Assembly (NCBI GenBank): GCA_000004695.1
Contig: CM000152.2
Span: 4,416,001-4,480,000 of the forward strand
Length of the DNA: 64,000 nucleotides
Direction of reading: 5' to 3'
From: Dictyostelium discoideum
Lineage: Eukaryota
The translations under genes were made by a program, and so were the position numbers. This document shows, piece by piece, positions 1 through 13,231 of the stretch (position 1 is its first letter; every line of letters begins with the position of its first letter). The notes below the pieces were generated by a model. It was not told the DNA's origin. It ran no database searches and worked only from the letters and a program-made list of their open reading frames with translations.

Positions 1-2
1 TC

Positions 3-46
<44 letters not shown>

Positions 47-561
47 CACAACCACCACAACAGAGTCATTTTGAATTACCTACAGCATGTTCAATTTCTG
101 ATCATAGTTTAATTGTTGAACCTAGTGAAGAATATAAAAATTGTGTTAGATTTGAAACACCAAAATCAAGTTATGTTCATGAAATTATTGAAGGTATACT
201 TCCAAAAGAGCTTGTGTCTGGTTCAAGAATGATTACACCAAGTGAGCCTCATTGTATCTATGTAAATTTTACATCTGCTGTGAAAGCTTATCAAGCTGAT
301 CAATATATTAGACAATGGAGTGAAAAGAATTTACCCTCTTTGAAATCAATGTTAGTGAGACAATCTTTGGATACTTTCTTTCCATATGAAAAATCAAAAA
401 TTGAAAAGGTAAACAATTATTATACCACAAAATATGATACAACATTTACTTCAAATTTATTACAACAAAATCGATTTGACATTGAAAATGTAAATTATAT
501 TAATGTATGTTTTATTTTTCTTTTTTCTTTTTTATTTTTTTAATTTTTCTTTACACCTTTT

Positions 562-611
<50 letters not shown>

Positions 612-1045
612 TAAATCTAATTTTTTTTAATCTTAAATTTTTTTTTTGATATCATTTGATATATTTTTTTTTTAATTATTTATTGTTCTTTTTTTATTTA
701 TTTTATATAATATTTTATATAAAATGTTTTTTTTATTTTTTTATTTTTTTTTTTTGATTATAGTTTCCAGAATATCCAGTTCCAAAATTCAAATTAATCA
801 ATAATAAAAATGAATGTGATAAATTAGTAACTGAATTATTATTAAATGGAAAACCAATTAATTCAATTTCAAATGAAGATGAAATGGTATTTAGTTTTGA
901 TTTACAATATAGACATATTGATAATAAACCAAATACTGTTCATTTCTATGTTTTAACATTATCAAATGGTAAAAATAATTTAATCCTCAATTTAGATTCA
1001 TTAAATGGTATTCCAAAAATTGTTTCAAAAATTTTTAATTCACCT
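1..1045 (+). CDS. 5'-truncated gene of unknown function with an N-terminal poly-Q tract. Two exons are visible: 1..504 (frame 1, enters the window already in CDS) and 764..1045. A further donor at 1046 implies 3' exon(s) that lie in or beyond the N gap.
   Basis: Open frame 1 runs from base 1, (CAA)n first, up to a GTATGT donor at 505. A TAG acceptor at 761-763 is followed by exon 764..1045 in phase 0 (the ORF 884..1126 frame extended upstream). GTATGT at 1046 precedes a poly-A run, so this is an intron rather than a poly-K read-through. The motif MVFSFDLQY weakly recalls a degenerate 3'-5' exonuclease motif I; that is speculative. Confidence 0.45.
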
Positions 1046-1052
1046 GTATGTA

Positions 1053-1113
<61 letters not shown>

Positions 1114-1158
1114 AAATAAAAAATAATGATTAATTTGAATTTTGAAACTAAATATTCT

Positions 1159-1258
1159 NNNNNNNNNNNNNNNNNNNNNNNNNNNNNNNNNNNNNNNNNN
1201 NNNNNNNNNNNNNNNNNNNNNNNNNNNNNNNNNNNNNNNNNNNNNNNNNNNNNNNNNN
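1159..1258. other. Assembly gap: 100 N.
   Basis: A literal run of N, flanked on the right by a (TTTTCA)n repeat. Confidence 0.99.
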
Positions 1259-1375
1259 TTCATTTTCATTTTCATTTTTATTTTCATTTTCATTTCATCT
1301 TCATTTTCATTTTCATTTCATTTTTTTTCATTTTCATTTTCATTTCAATTTCATTTTCATTTTCATTTTCACTAT
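1259..1375. repeat. (TTTTCA)n hexamer microsatellite of about 19 units. It encodes the low-complexity C-terminus (ENENE.../MKMK...) of the minus-strand RCC1 gene.
   Basis: cattttcattttcatttt... is visible directly and abuts the N gap. Confidence 0.9.
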
Positions 1376-2661
1376 TAGCAACTTGAGTGGAAGTTTGTTC
1401 AATATATTGACTGAATTCTATAAAACCATTAATGATAGCATTTATTGTTTCAAGTGAAATTTCAAATCCTTTTGTTTTTGTTAATATCTCTATATTGTTT
1501 AATGTAACGATTGCATTTGCTTCAAATTCTTTTGAATAATTTTCTAAATATTGATCCCATTCATATTTGGTTGATTTTGGTGAATTAACTGTAGTTGAAT
1601 TGTTATTATTATTATTATTATTAATATTTTGTTTAAAACTTGATTTTAAATAAGACATTAATCTTTGAGAACGATCAGAATGATTTCTATTTAAAGTTAA
1701 ATGACTATCAATTTTTAAAACTGTATTAATTGGTAAAGTATTTATATCTGGAAAAGATGTATCAGTTTCCATGTTATTAATTATATTCTCTGAAATATAT
1801 TTAATACAATATTGTTGTAATGATTCAATTGGTGCTATTAATTGAATCTTTGAAGGGGTTGCTAATGTATGAAATTTACCACATGATACTTTATCAATTA
1901 CAATCTTATTCTTTTTTAATGATTGAATGAACTGTGGTGAAAATTGATTTCTTGCCCCATCATAATGTGATAATTCATTAAAATGATATTGAAATTCTAA
2001 CATTTCTTCTTCAGTTAGTATTCCTTTATCATTAATTCCTTGACTATCTTTATCATTGTCGTCGTCATCATGGTGGTCATCATCACTATGGTCGCTTTCA
2101 TCATCATCATCATGGTTATCTTTGTTTTTATTTGTATGTTTAGTTTCATTATTTTCATTTTTATCTTTAATTTCAAAATTTATTAATTGACTTGTTGGTT
2201 TATTAAATTTAATATTTTCACTAATGATTGTTTCATCTTTTGTAGTATCAACTTTGAATTGAATAGTTTGAAAACCACCCTCACCATTACCAAGTGCCAC
2301 AGACATCCTAATGTCATCACTAACTACTAATCCACCACCCATTACTATTAATTCACCATTATTTGTTACAAATGCACTATGATAAGCACCTGATGATATA
2401 TGTTTAATCTCTACCAATGGTAATTCAATTAATATTGGTTCAGTTGAATAATCAATACCTTCAATACCTAATTGACCATTTAAATTTTCACCCCAACCAT
2501 AAACTTGATTTTGATAACCATCTAATGCTAATGAATTATAATATCCTGATGATATTTCAATTATATTTCTTAATTGTTTTAATTTCTTTGGTATAATAAT
2601 ATTAAATTGTTCTTCCCCTTCTTCTTCTTCTACTACTTTTTCTACTACTTTTTCTTTAATT

Positions 2662-2744
<83 letters not shown>

Positions 2745-3250
2745 AAATTCATCATAATGACCAGTTGAAATACCTCCACCATTTGAATAAACTTCACCTC
2801 TGTTTGTTAAGTATAAATAATGATTTACACCACATGCTACAGATTGAATTTCAATATTATTTTCAATAAAGTAATCTACTGGTTTAGGTTCATTATTAAA
2901 ATTAAAACCTATGAATGCAATACCATTATGTGATACTCCAATTGAATTATTTAATGAACAATCGATTGCTTTAATTGGATATTGAAATTTTAATAATCTT
3001 GGTATTAATGTATCAATACTTTTACCCCATTCCCAAACTTTACCTTGATCTGTAATTGCATATGACTGATTCCAACATGATACTGATACTATCTTTTCAT
3101 TCTCAAATTGTTTATTTAATATTGGTACTTTACTATACACTAATGAATTATTACCAAACTAAATTTTAAATTTTAAAAATTTTTTTTTTTTTTTTTTTTT
3201 TTATTATAAATTAATTATTATTTATTTATATGGTATTATTATTATTATTA

Positions 3251-3295
<45 letters not shown>

Positions 3296-3538
3296 TAAGA
3301 AAAAAAACTTACTTCAGCAGAACTATTTTCACCAAATACCCAACATCTATTTTTATTATCAATTGCTAATGAATGAGCTCTGCCAGCACAAAAATCAATA
3401 AATTCTATATCTTTTTCACCTTTTACTTCGGTTTCTTCTTCTTCTGAAAATATGTTTACTTGTTCACTATTTGAAATATTAAAATATAAAGGTTTTGGTG
3501 TTTTAATATCTGACAATGGAGAACCATGTCCTATTCTA

Positions 3539-3580
<42 letters not shown>

Positions 3581-3659
3581 AGTAAGAGTTTGATTAAAAT
3601 TAATTAAAAAAGAAAGAAATTAAAAATAATAAAACAATACCAGATCCCCAGCAATACAT
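1290..3659 (-). CDS. RCC1 (regulator of chromosome condensation)-repeat protein of about 704 aa. Exons: 3659..3641, 3539..3313, 3158..1290.
   Basis: Exon 1 on the minus strand is ATG TAT TGC TGG GGA TCT G followed by a GTATTG donor. Exon 2 starts after ...AAAAAG and gives YCWGSGRIGHGSP...CAGRAHSLAIDNKNRCWVFGENSSAE, then a GTAAGT donor. Exon 3 follows TTTAG and is the 616-aa ORF. There are repeated RCC1 signatures: GRIGHG, WGENLNGQLG, and GVNHYLYLTNRGEVYSNG. The phases are consistent (19+227 nt = phase 0). Confidence 0.75.
3256..3295. repeat. (GATT)10 microsatellite inside intron 2 of the RCC1 gene.
   Basis: gattgattgatt... is visible directly. Confidence 0.95.
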
Positions 3660-4383
3660 TGGAAGTAGTTTTAATTGTTTGTGATTATAAATAATAATAA
3701 TAAAAAAAAAAAAAAAAATTGAATTTTTTTTTTTTTTTTTTTTCAAAGAATCTTTTTGTTTGTTGACAAATGAACCCAAATTTTTTTTTTTTTTTTTTTT
3801 AGTTTATTTCTCTAATTTTAATTACTTCTAATTTTATATTTATTTTCATAAATTATTGTTTCATTAGAAATAAATTTTTTTTTTTTGTAATGGATCGAGT
3901 GTGGAAAGAAAAAAAAAAATTTTAAAAAAAATAAAGAAATGAAAAGTAAATTAATATAATTATCTTAATTGTCTTTATTTATTTTTTTAACTTGATTTTT
4001 TATTTATTTTTGATATGAATTTAGTAAACAAAAATGGACCACTCAAAAATAAACGAAATGATATGAAATAATTTTTTTTTTTTAAAAGTTTAAAAAAAAT
4101 TAAATCCAAAAAAATAAAAACTAATATGTATAAAAGAAGATAAAAATTATTTTAAAAAATATTGAGCTTTATTAGTTTATTGATTCTAAATATGTTACTA
4201 TTTTTTTTATTTCTGTACATGTGAAGACACATTTATATGTACCAGTAAGCGAGGCTGTAATAAAAACTTTGATTTAAACAGCCTAAATGTGTCCTAACAA
4301 AAAAATGTATCCATTGCAAAATACACAACTTTTTTTTCTTTTAAAAACGTGCATTTATTACAAAATACAAAAATTGGATTTGA

Positions 4384-4506
4384 ATTGCCAGAAGCCATTT
4401 CAAACAAAAACATGTTATAAATCAAAATACCAAACTAATTAGAAAAAAAAAAGTTTGGTATTTTGATTTAAAACACGTTTTTGTTTTGAAATGGCTTCTG
4501 GCAATT
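4384..4506. repeat. Long near-perfect inverted repeat (hairpin) with ~53-bp arms and a 15-nt A-rich loop. It is flanked by imperfect ~40-bp direct repeats at 4269-4310 and 4520-4560.
   Basis: The left arm aattgccagaagccatttcaaacaaaaacatgttataaatcaaaataccaaact is the reverse complement, with about 3 differences, of the right arm agtttggtattttgatttaaaacacgtttttgttttgaaatggcttctggcaatt. The flanking repeat is tgatttaaac..atgtgtcc..aaaaaaat. Confidence 0.8.
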
Positions 4507-5048
4507 AAGAACAAGAAAACCTTGATTTAAACTGTTGCTATTATGTGTCCAAAAAAATCACACAAGTAACCACCAATCCTTTTCATTTAAGATATAAAAA
4601 AAAAAAAAAAAATAATGATTAAAATTAAAAAAAAAAAAAATTAAAAAAAAATAAAAAAAAAAAAAAGAAAAAAAAATAAAAAAAACGAGAACGAAATTCG
4701 AAGTGATTTGGAAAATGTAAAAAACAAATGAAATTTCAAGCCAATATTATTTTTTAAATATATAAGAAAAATAAAAAAAATAAAAAAACAAATAATTAAA
4801 AATAACATTATAAAAAAAAATAATAAAAAAAAGTGTGTGTGATAAAAAAGAAAATGATGATCAATATCCAAATTGGGGTTGTAGTTCGAACAGTGTTGAT
4901 AAAAAATTATTACAAAAAAAAAATAAAAAAAAAATAAAAAAAAAAAAAAAAAAAAAAAATGAAAAAACAAAAAAAAAAATTTTCAAAAATTTTTAAAATT
5001 TTTTTTTTTCACATTAATTACTATCATATTTATACCTACACACACAAA

Positions 5049-5316
5049 ATGTTTGCTTTAAGATCAATTCGTTCAGCTACTAAAGCTTTCCAAACCACTT
5101 CAATTGTTTCTCAAAGGTATAAAAATAAATATAAATATAAAAATAAAAATAAAAATTAGATATACAAATATATAAACATTGTTTTTTTTTTTTTTTGTGA
5201 TCTTATTTTATGTCAATGAAATAAAGTAAAAACAAAATACAACAAACAAATAATAAAAAAATAATGACAAAATAAAGATAAAAATATAAAAATAAAAATA
5301 TAAGATTATTGAATGG

Positions 5317-5357
<41 letters not shown>

Positions 5358-5920
5358 ACATAGTTTAGTAAATACTAATTTGAAACATTATAAAATAAAA
5401 TATTTATATAAAATATATTTAGAGGATTTTTACAAACTACCCTTAAAAACGTCCTCTTCCCAACTGAAAGACAATTAAGACGTCAATACTTAGCTGATAA
5501 TCACATCAAAGTAGGTTCACCAGAATTCGATAAATTTTATGAAGATTTACAACCATCAGAACTCTCAAAACAATCTGGTTTAAGTGATGCCCTCCTCGAT
5601 GACCCAATCCTCCACATTTGTGTCATCAAATACAACAAAAACATTGTCCAAAGGTAAGTAATCAACCAAACACTCAAATTTAATATAAATAAAACTGAAC
5701 GAATTGAATTATAAAAAGAAAATAGATATAAAAATCAATATATACTAATAATTAAAATCAACAATAACAGATACAACTTAACCCCAGAACAAGAAAAAGA
5801 TATCATGGAAAACTATAACGTTAGTGCTGGTGACCCATCACTCGAACAAATTTTACCAATCCCAGTCCCAGCAGTAAATATTACATTATTATTACATTAT
5901 TATTTTTATTTTTATTTTTA

Positions 5921-5999
<79 letters not shown>

Positions 6000-6099
6000 A
6001 TTTATAAAGTACACATTTACTAACTCAATATATATAATATTAAATCAATTTTAGCATATCTTCGAAGAGTTACCAATTGTCAAAGTTTTAAATAACTAA
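5049..6099 (+). CDS. Small protein of about 148 aa with a mitochondrial-presequence-like N-terminus; function unknown. Exons: 5049..5116, 5423..5653, 5771..5873, 6055..6099.
   Basis: MFALRSIRSATKAFQTTSIVSQ is basic and hydroxylated with no acidic residues, as in a mitochondrial presequence. Donors are AG|GTATAA at 5117, AG|GTAAGT at 5654 and GCA|GTAAAT at 5874. Acceptors are TTTAG at 5422, AACAG at 5770 and TTTTAG at 6054. Phases 2, 2 and 0 carry through to a TAA at 6097-6099. The alternative of reading on into a (TAT)n poly-Y tract was rejected. Confidence 0.55.
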
Positions 6100-6700
6100 A
6101 TAGGTTTATGTAATTACATACTGATGTACTTTCTTTTATTACACTGAATGGTGAAAAATATAAATTTCAAAAAAAAAATAAATAAATAAATAAAAAAACC
6201 CAAAAAATAAATAAAAAAAACAATTGATATATAATAGTAATAATAATAATAGTAATAATAATAATATTTCTTTATGTAGTATTTTTTTTTTTTTCTTTTT
6301 TTTTTTTTTAATAAAATTTATTTATTAAATATTTTCATAATTAAAGTAAAATAAAGTAAAATAAAAAAAAATAAAATAAAAAAATTAAAATTAAAATAAA
6401 AACAAGATATTAAAATTTTTATTCTTTTTTTTTTTTTATTTTTTTTATTTAATCTTTTTTTTTAATTTACTTTAATTATAATGTTGGAAATGTTGAGTTG
6501 TTGATTTGCTCAAAATAAGTAAATATACCCCAAGAGCGCCAAAAAAAGATTGGTAGATCCATTTTTTATAATTATTTGATTTATTTGGATGAATATCCAA
6601 CTAATCAATAAAATGATATTATTAAAGAATACCTATTCTCTAATGTTACCGACACCAACATTACTAATAAAAAATATGGCAACAATAAATGGATGCAAGA

Positions 6701-7161
<461 letters not shown>

Positions 7162-7246
7162 ATTATAGTTTTTGTCTTTATTTAATTTTTTAATTTTTTA
7201 TTTGTTTTGTGTTTAGAAAAAAAAAAATAAATAAAAAATAAATCAC

Positions 7247-7262
7247 ATCCTTTGCAAAGGAT
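7247..7262. promoter_or_regulatory. Perfect 16-bp palindrome atcctttg|caaaggat in intergenic DNA. A second hairpin, cctctttt-tg-aaaagagg, lies 50 bp downstream at 7312-7329.
   Basis: GC-containing palindromes stand out against a T-homopolymer background. Their function is unknown; a protein-binding site or RNA hairpin are possibilities. Confidence 0.3.
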
Positions 7263-7805
7263 ATTTCTAATTTTTAGATTTTCATTTATTTTATTTTATG
7301 GTATGATCCACCCTCTTTTTGAAAAGAGGATTATTTAAACAGATATTTAACTCGAAATTTTAATCCCTTTACAATAATTTTCAAAAATAGTCTTTTATTG
7401 TGAAAATCTTTTTTTTTTTAGACTTTACTATTTTTTTTTCATTGAAAAAACGTATTCTTTTTGGTTCTTTTTTTTTTTTTTTTTTTGTTTTTTTTGTAAA
7501 ATAAGTTTTTGTTTTTTTTTTTTTTTTGTTTTTATTTTTTTTTTTATTTTTTTTTTTTATTTTTTTTTTTTATTAAAACTTGCTGTATTTGATAAATGAA
7601 TTATGACACTTTAGTTGGTGTGATTTTGTATACATTTTTTTTTTTTTTTTTTAAATGTATTTAATTTAATTATTTTTTTTATTTTTCATTATCTTTTTAC
7701 AATTTCAATCATGGACAGATAATAATTAAAAAAATAAATAAAAATAAAAAATTTCTTTTTTTAAATGTGTATTTTTTTTTTTTTTTTTAATATTATTATT
7801 ATTAT

Positions 7806-7925
7806 TTATTTTCCAGGATCATTTTCAGTGTTATTATATTGAGCGACAATAAAGTAAGACCACATAGCTTTATCACCTCTATGAAGGAAAGAATTGAATG
7901 GAGAATCGATTGAACCAGTGCGGTT
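7806..7925 (-). pseudogene. Truncated duplicate of the C-terminal end of the neighbouring BBE-like FAD oxidase gene.
   Basis: Bases 7811-7920 are about 90% identical to 8826-8935. The encoded RTGSIDSPFNSFLHRGDKAMWSYFIVAQYNNTENDP matches RTGSIDSPFNSFLHRGDEAMWSYTIVAQYNNTENDP, and similarity is lost outside this stretch. Confidence 0.6.
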
Positions 7926-8610
7926 GCCAATCTTGATATTCATCATCGATTTCATATACATATTTGTTGTTAAGACCCTGAAAATGAGCATTACTTTCAA
8001 ACAACCATCTTAAATTGGGTTGTTCTTAGAGTGAATATGCATCATCCAAAGCTACTAATACAGTAGCCTCCAGACGAATATTCTGTTTTGTAATTTGTGC
8101 CATGTTCTTCATTCCAACGCTGTAATATTCCTGGTGTATCTGTTGCAACATCATAACCAATTGCAACACACAATTATAATGGCAAATATAATTAGACAAG
8201 AACTGTTAGCATTACAAGAATATTATTAATAATTATCAAATTATTAAATTATTATAAAAATTAAATTAAAAAAATTAAAATTTAAAAAAAAAAAAAATTT
8301 TTTTTTTTTGATTACAAACACCCAACACCACAATACTCAACACCACAACTTTAAAACAATAAAATAATGTTTAAACATGTATATATAAAACCAAAATTGA
8401 CCTCTGAATCCACCTCTTCTTGCTGTTTTGATTTAACTCTTATTTAAAATGTTAAAATTTTATCTTTAGAAAAAAATTAAAATAAAAAAAAAAAAAATAT
8501 AAAAAAAAATAAAAAAAAAAAAATGGAAAAAGTGTTTAGAAAAAAAAAAAAATTAATTATTATTTAATAAAAGTATTATTTTAATTGTTTAATTTAATTA
8601 TTAAATTTAT

Positions 8611-10259
8611 TTATTTCTTTGGTAATTCAATTGATTGTGGATAATTAAAATAATTATTTGGATCATATTTTCCTTTAATTTCTTGAAGTTTTTTATAATT
8701 TGATTTGGTGACATAGAGTCCGGTTTGCCAATCTTCAAATTCATCATCTGGATAGTTATTATTTAATTTATCACCAATTGAAGAGAGTTTAGAGTTTACA
8801 AGTTTTCTAAGACCAGAGAATAATGGATCATTTTCAGTGTTATTATATTGAGCGACAATAGTGTATGACCACATAGCTTCATCACCTCTGTGAAGGAAAG
8901 AATTGAATGGAGAATCGATTGAACCAGTTCTATCTTGATTTTGTTTACCACCATGATAGAAAATAGCTTGATTAATATTTAACAATGTTTCTGGTTTAAC
9001 TAAAGAGGTTGAATTGATGATATTGGTGACGGCATATTTATAGAAATCGTTGATAGCCTTTGGTACATCGTTTTTAGATAATTTCTTAACGAATCTTCCT
9101 TTGGTGAATTGTCTTAATGGATTATTATCATAACTCATTGAGCTAATGACTTCCCAGAATGTTTTCTTTAAAGTTTGGATATCCATGGTGGTGACTTTAC
9201 CCAATGGTGTACAGGTTGGATTTGATGGTGGACAAAGGAAACCGGTTAACAATTTTCTGAATTCGAAATCGCCCTCTTCAAGTGGACCATTGTAAAAGAA
9301 TGTAATACTAGCGGATGGAGTCATATTTGCGGATTTCAAAGTTAATTGAGAATACATATTGGCATAGATATTTTCACGAGTTTGTTCAGTGGCAGAACGT
9401 ACATAAGAATCCAATAAGGCGAGAGCTTTATCTAAATTGACAATATCGAAACGAATGGTATTCTTGTAAAAGTATTGTGGAATTGGGTAAACTTTAATTT
9501 TGTAATCTACAACAACACCAAAACCACCACCACCAGAACCAGCCAATGCCCAATAGAGGTCACTATATTTATTCTTTGGATTGGCTTTAACAATTGAACC
9601 ATCTTCAAGTACAACGGTGAATTCTAATATGTTATCAGCCATATAACCATATTTACCACCAAAGTAATTTGATCCACCACCCAATACAACACCCATACCA
9701 ACAGTTGGACAACTACCAGCAGTTGTTGCCAATAATAATTTAGTTGTGGCATTATATAATTCAATAACTTGTACACCAGCTTGTACAACAACAGTTTGAG
9801 CTTCAACATCAATTTCAATACCTTTTAATGAACTTAAATCAATATTAACAGTTTTATTTAACATTGAAAATTGTGTTGCTGAATGACCACCTGATCTAAT
9901 TGATACCTAAAATTAAATTAATTTTTTAAAAAAAAAAAAAAAAACAAAAAAAAAAAAAATTAATTAATTAATTAATTGAATTTAAATTTTTAAAAAAATA
10001 ATAAAATGATTTTATAAAAAAAAAAAAAATAAAAACTTACACCTCTATTAATACTTTGTGCATATAAAATTGCATCACTAATTTCAGAAGCATTCGTTGG
10101 TTTAATATAACAGTATGCTCTATTATTCATTAATGGATTAATAAATCTATAATAATTTGGATTATTATAATCAACACATTGGACGGCTTGAGTTTTTGAA
10201 ATTTGATTAATAGTAATTAATACAAATGATAAAAATAATAAAATATTATTTAATTTCAT
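8611..10259 (-). CDS. Secreted FAD-binding oxidoreductase of the berberine-bridge-enzyme (BBE)-like / vanillyl-alcohol-oxidase superfamily, about 490 aa. Exons: 10259..10041, 9906..8611.
   Basis: Exon 1 encodes a signal peptide (MKLNNILLFLSFVLITINQISKT...SINRG) and ends at a GTAAGT donor. Exon 2 follows TTTTAG and begins VSIRSGGHS, the FAD-attachment motif R-S-G-G-H. It continues through the PCMH-type FAD-binding region (GGGFGVV) and ends with a BBE-type C-terminus (YKKLQEIKGKYDPNNYFNYPQSI). Confidence 0.85.
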
Positions 10260-10289
10260 TTTATTTTTTAAAAAATATTATTTAATTAT

Positions 10290-10325
<36 letters not shown>

Positions 10326-10531
10326 CAATATGTTTATGGTTTTTTTTTTTTTTTTATTATTAAAAATACAAAAAGGTTATTTTATTTTATTTTATTTATT
10401 ATTACAATATTTTTATTAGTTTTTATGGAAATACAATTTTAATGGTACAATTTATTATTATAATTATTTTGGATGATTAAAAAAAAAAAAAATAGTTCAA
10501 TTTATAATAAAATATTTAGAGGGAAAATAGA

Positions 10532-10581
<50 letters not shown>

Positions 10582-10889
10582 TAATTAAAATATCAGAATT
10601 TTTCTTAAATAATCATTGCGAGTACACAAGCAATGAATTTGTGACCTTTTAGTTTTTTTTTTTTTTTTTTATCTGAAAACATAAAGTTCAATGAATAGAA
10701 GGAAAATATCTTTTTTTTTTTAGCGAATTTTTAAAAAAAAAAATTTTCCAACCAATTTTTAGCGATTTACTTTTAAAAAAATGCGAGTAACTCTTTGAGA
10801 TTAAAATATCTAAATAACCAGAGTTATAAAAAATAAAAAAAATCTTTTATTTACCTAAAATCTCAAAAATAATTTGATTCTAATCATTT

Positions 10890-10920
<31 letters not shown>

Positions 10921-11174
10921 TTAAAATTAAAAGAAAAAGAAAAATCTAAAAAAAAAAAAAAAAAAAAATTTTAGTCTTGATAAAAAAAATGATTTATTAT
11001 TCGTTCGTTCATTCCATTTTTTTTTTTTTCTTTTGTCTGAAAAAAAAAAAAATCAAATATCTTTTCCTAATTTTTTTTTTTTTTTTTTTTTTTTCATTTT
11101 TTTTTCATTTTTTTTTTCTTTATTTTTTTTTCTTTATTTTTTTTTTCTTTATTTTTTTTTTTTATTCTTTTTTC

Positions 11175-11219
<45 letters not shown>

Positions 11220-11472
11220 CTTTATTTTTTTTTTTTTATTAAAACTCTTTATTTAAATTTCTTGTTACCAATATGGTAATGTTGAAAATGGAAATTATTT
11301 AATTTGAGAAAAAATAAAATCAAAAATTAAAATTATTATAATTATAAAATCTAAATAATAACCACACTATATGAATTAATATATATTGTTTATTTAATTT
11401 TGTGTAAAATCATTCAAATGTTAGCGTTTGTAAACACTTGGTGGTTGAACATAATTATAAAATTAATTTTTT

Positions 11473-11533
<61 letters not shown>

Positions 11534-12569
11534 GGATCTGAAAAAAAGTCGATATAATCACACCCCTATTAATATTTTTAAAATAAATTTAAATAAATTC
11601 AATGTATTCAATTATAGCCTAACTGTTTGATAGTATTAATAATCCACTATATCAACATTTAGATTGGCCTTCAATATTATGTGCACTTTATTCTTTTCAA
11701 ATTTTAAAAATAACACTAATATATTGAACCTTTGATTTCAACTAAAATAAAAATATATTATACTCTAAAAAAGGTATGTAGTTAAATTGCTATTATTATT
11801 ATTTTTATTTTTTATTTGAACAGAGGGTGTGTGGGTGTGCATTCAAGTGGTTATCATAATAATTTGGAATTCCTGAAAATAAAAAAAAAAAAAAAAAAAC
11901 AATTCACACACAATCAGTTTCTATTTATAAATATTTTTTTAAACAAAATGAAAATAAAAAAAAAAACATTTTATTTTTTTTATTTTTTTATTTTTTTTTT
12001 TATTTTTTAATTTTTTTTTTTTGGAATTTTTTTTTTTTTTTTTAATGTCATCTAAAAATACACGCACCTGTGTGTTTTTTTCTGTGTGTGTGTTGAAACA
12101 ACCCTTTTTTTAATTATTATTATTTTTATTTTATTTTTTATTTTTTTATTTTTAAATATAGTAATATTACATCAAAAATAAAAAAAATAAAAATAAAATT
12201 TAATGTTTTTTTTAATTTTTAACATTAAAAAAAAAAAAAAAAAAAAAAAAAATTAAAAATAGTTACTTCTCTCTTTCACACCACAACAACAACCAACAAC
12301 CAAATAGAATATTTATTCAATTTTTTATATTTATTCAAATTAATAATAATAGTTATACAATAACTATTTAGATAGATATCAAAATAACATAATACAATTT
12401 AAATGTGTTGGGAAATAACAAAAACAACATATTAAAATAAATAAATAAATTAAAAAAAAAACAAAGAGAAAGAGAAAGAGAGAAAATCAATCTAATAGGG
12501 AAACTTTTTTTTTTTTTTTATAAAAAATAATTGTAATAATAATTAATTCACAATCAATATTTCATATAC

Positions 12570-12603
<34 letters not shown>

Positions 12604-12700
12604 AAAAGTATTTATCATTTTCTTTTTGTAAATTCATCACCATCATTATAACCAACACTTCTATATAATATTAATAGTAATAATAATAATAATATTAATA

Positions 12701-12755
<55 letters not shown>

Positions 12756-13231
12756 CAACAATAATACAACTCACCCACCCACACACTTCACACACACCAC
12801 CCAATCTTTTTTTTTTTCTATTTTTTTTTTTTTTTTTTCTTTTTCTTTTTTTTTTTTTTTTTAACTCCTTATAATTTGATTATTTTTTTTGTATTCAATT
12901 TTTTCTTTTTTATTTTTAATTTTGTTAATTATTTATTATTATTATTATCATAAATAAACCATATAATTATATATAATATATCCATAAAATTTGTAACTAA
13001 AAAAATATATTAAAATTTCCTACTCTCTAGAAGGAAATTATCTTAACACTGTCGTGACTTTGTCCACATTATTTTAAAAAAATAAAATAAATATATAATA
13101 ATAAAAAAAAAAAAAATAAAAAAAAAATAATTGTAATAATATAGTAACAACAATAAAGACAACAATAGTAATATTAAAAAAAATTAAAAATTTTAAAAAA
13201 AAAAAAAAAATAAAAAAAAAAAAGAAAAATA

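Noticed and set aside
946-1293. Minus-strand 115-aa ORF, and plus-strand ORFs at 1126..1386 and 1142..1378.
   Set aside because: They are translated across the 100-N assembly gap and a hexamer repeat, so they are artefacts.
5874-6023. Alternative reading of the small mitochondrial-protein gene straight through a (TAT)n tract, which would give a ~35-residue poly-Y tail (the ORF 5805..6023).
   Set aside because: A GTAAAT donor at 5874 plus a TTTTAG acceptor at 6054 give a clean 15-codon terminal exon with a stop. A poly-Y tail is implausible.
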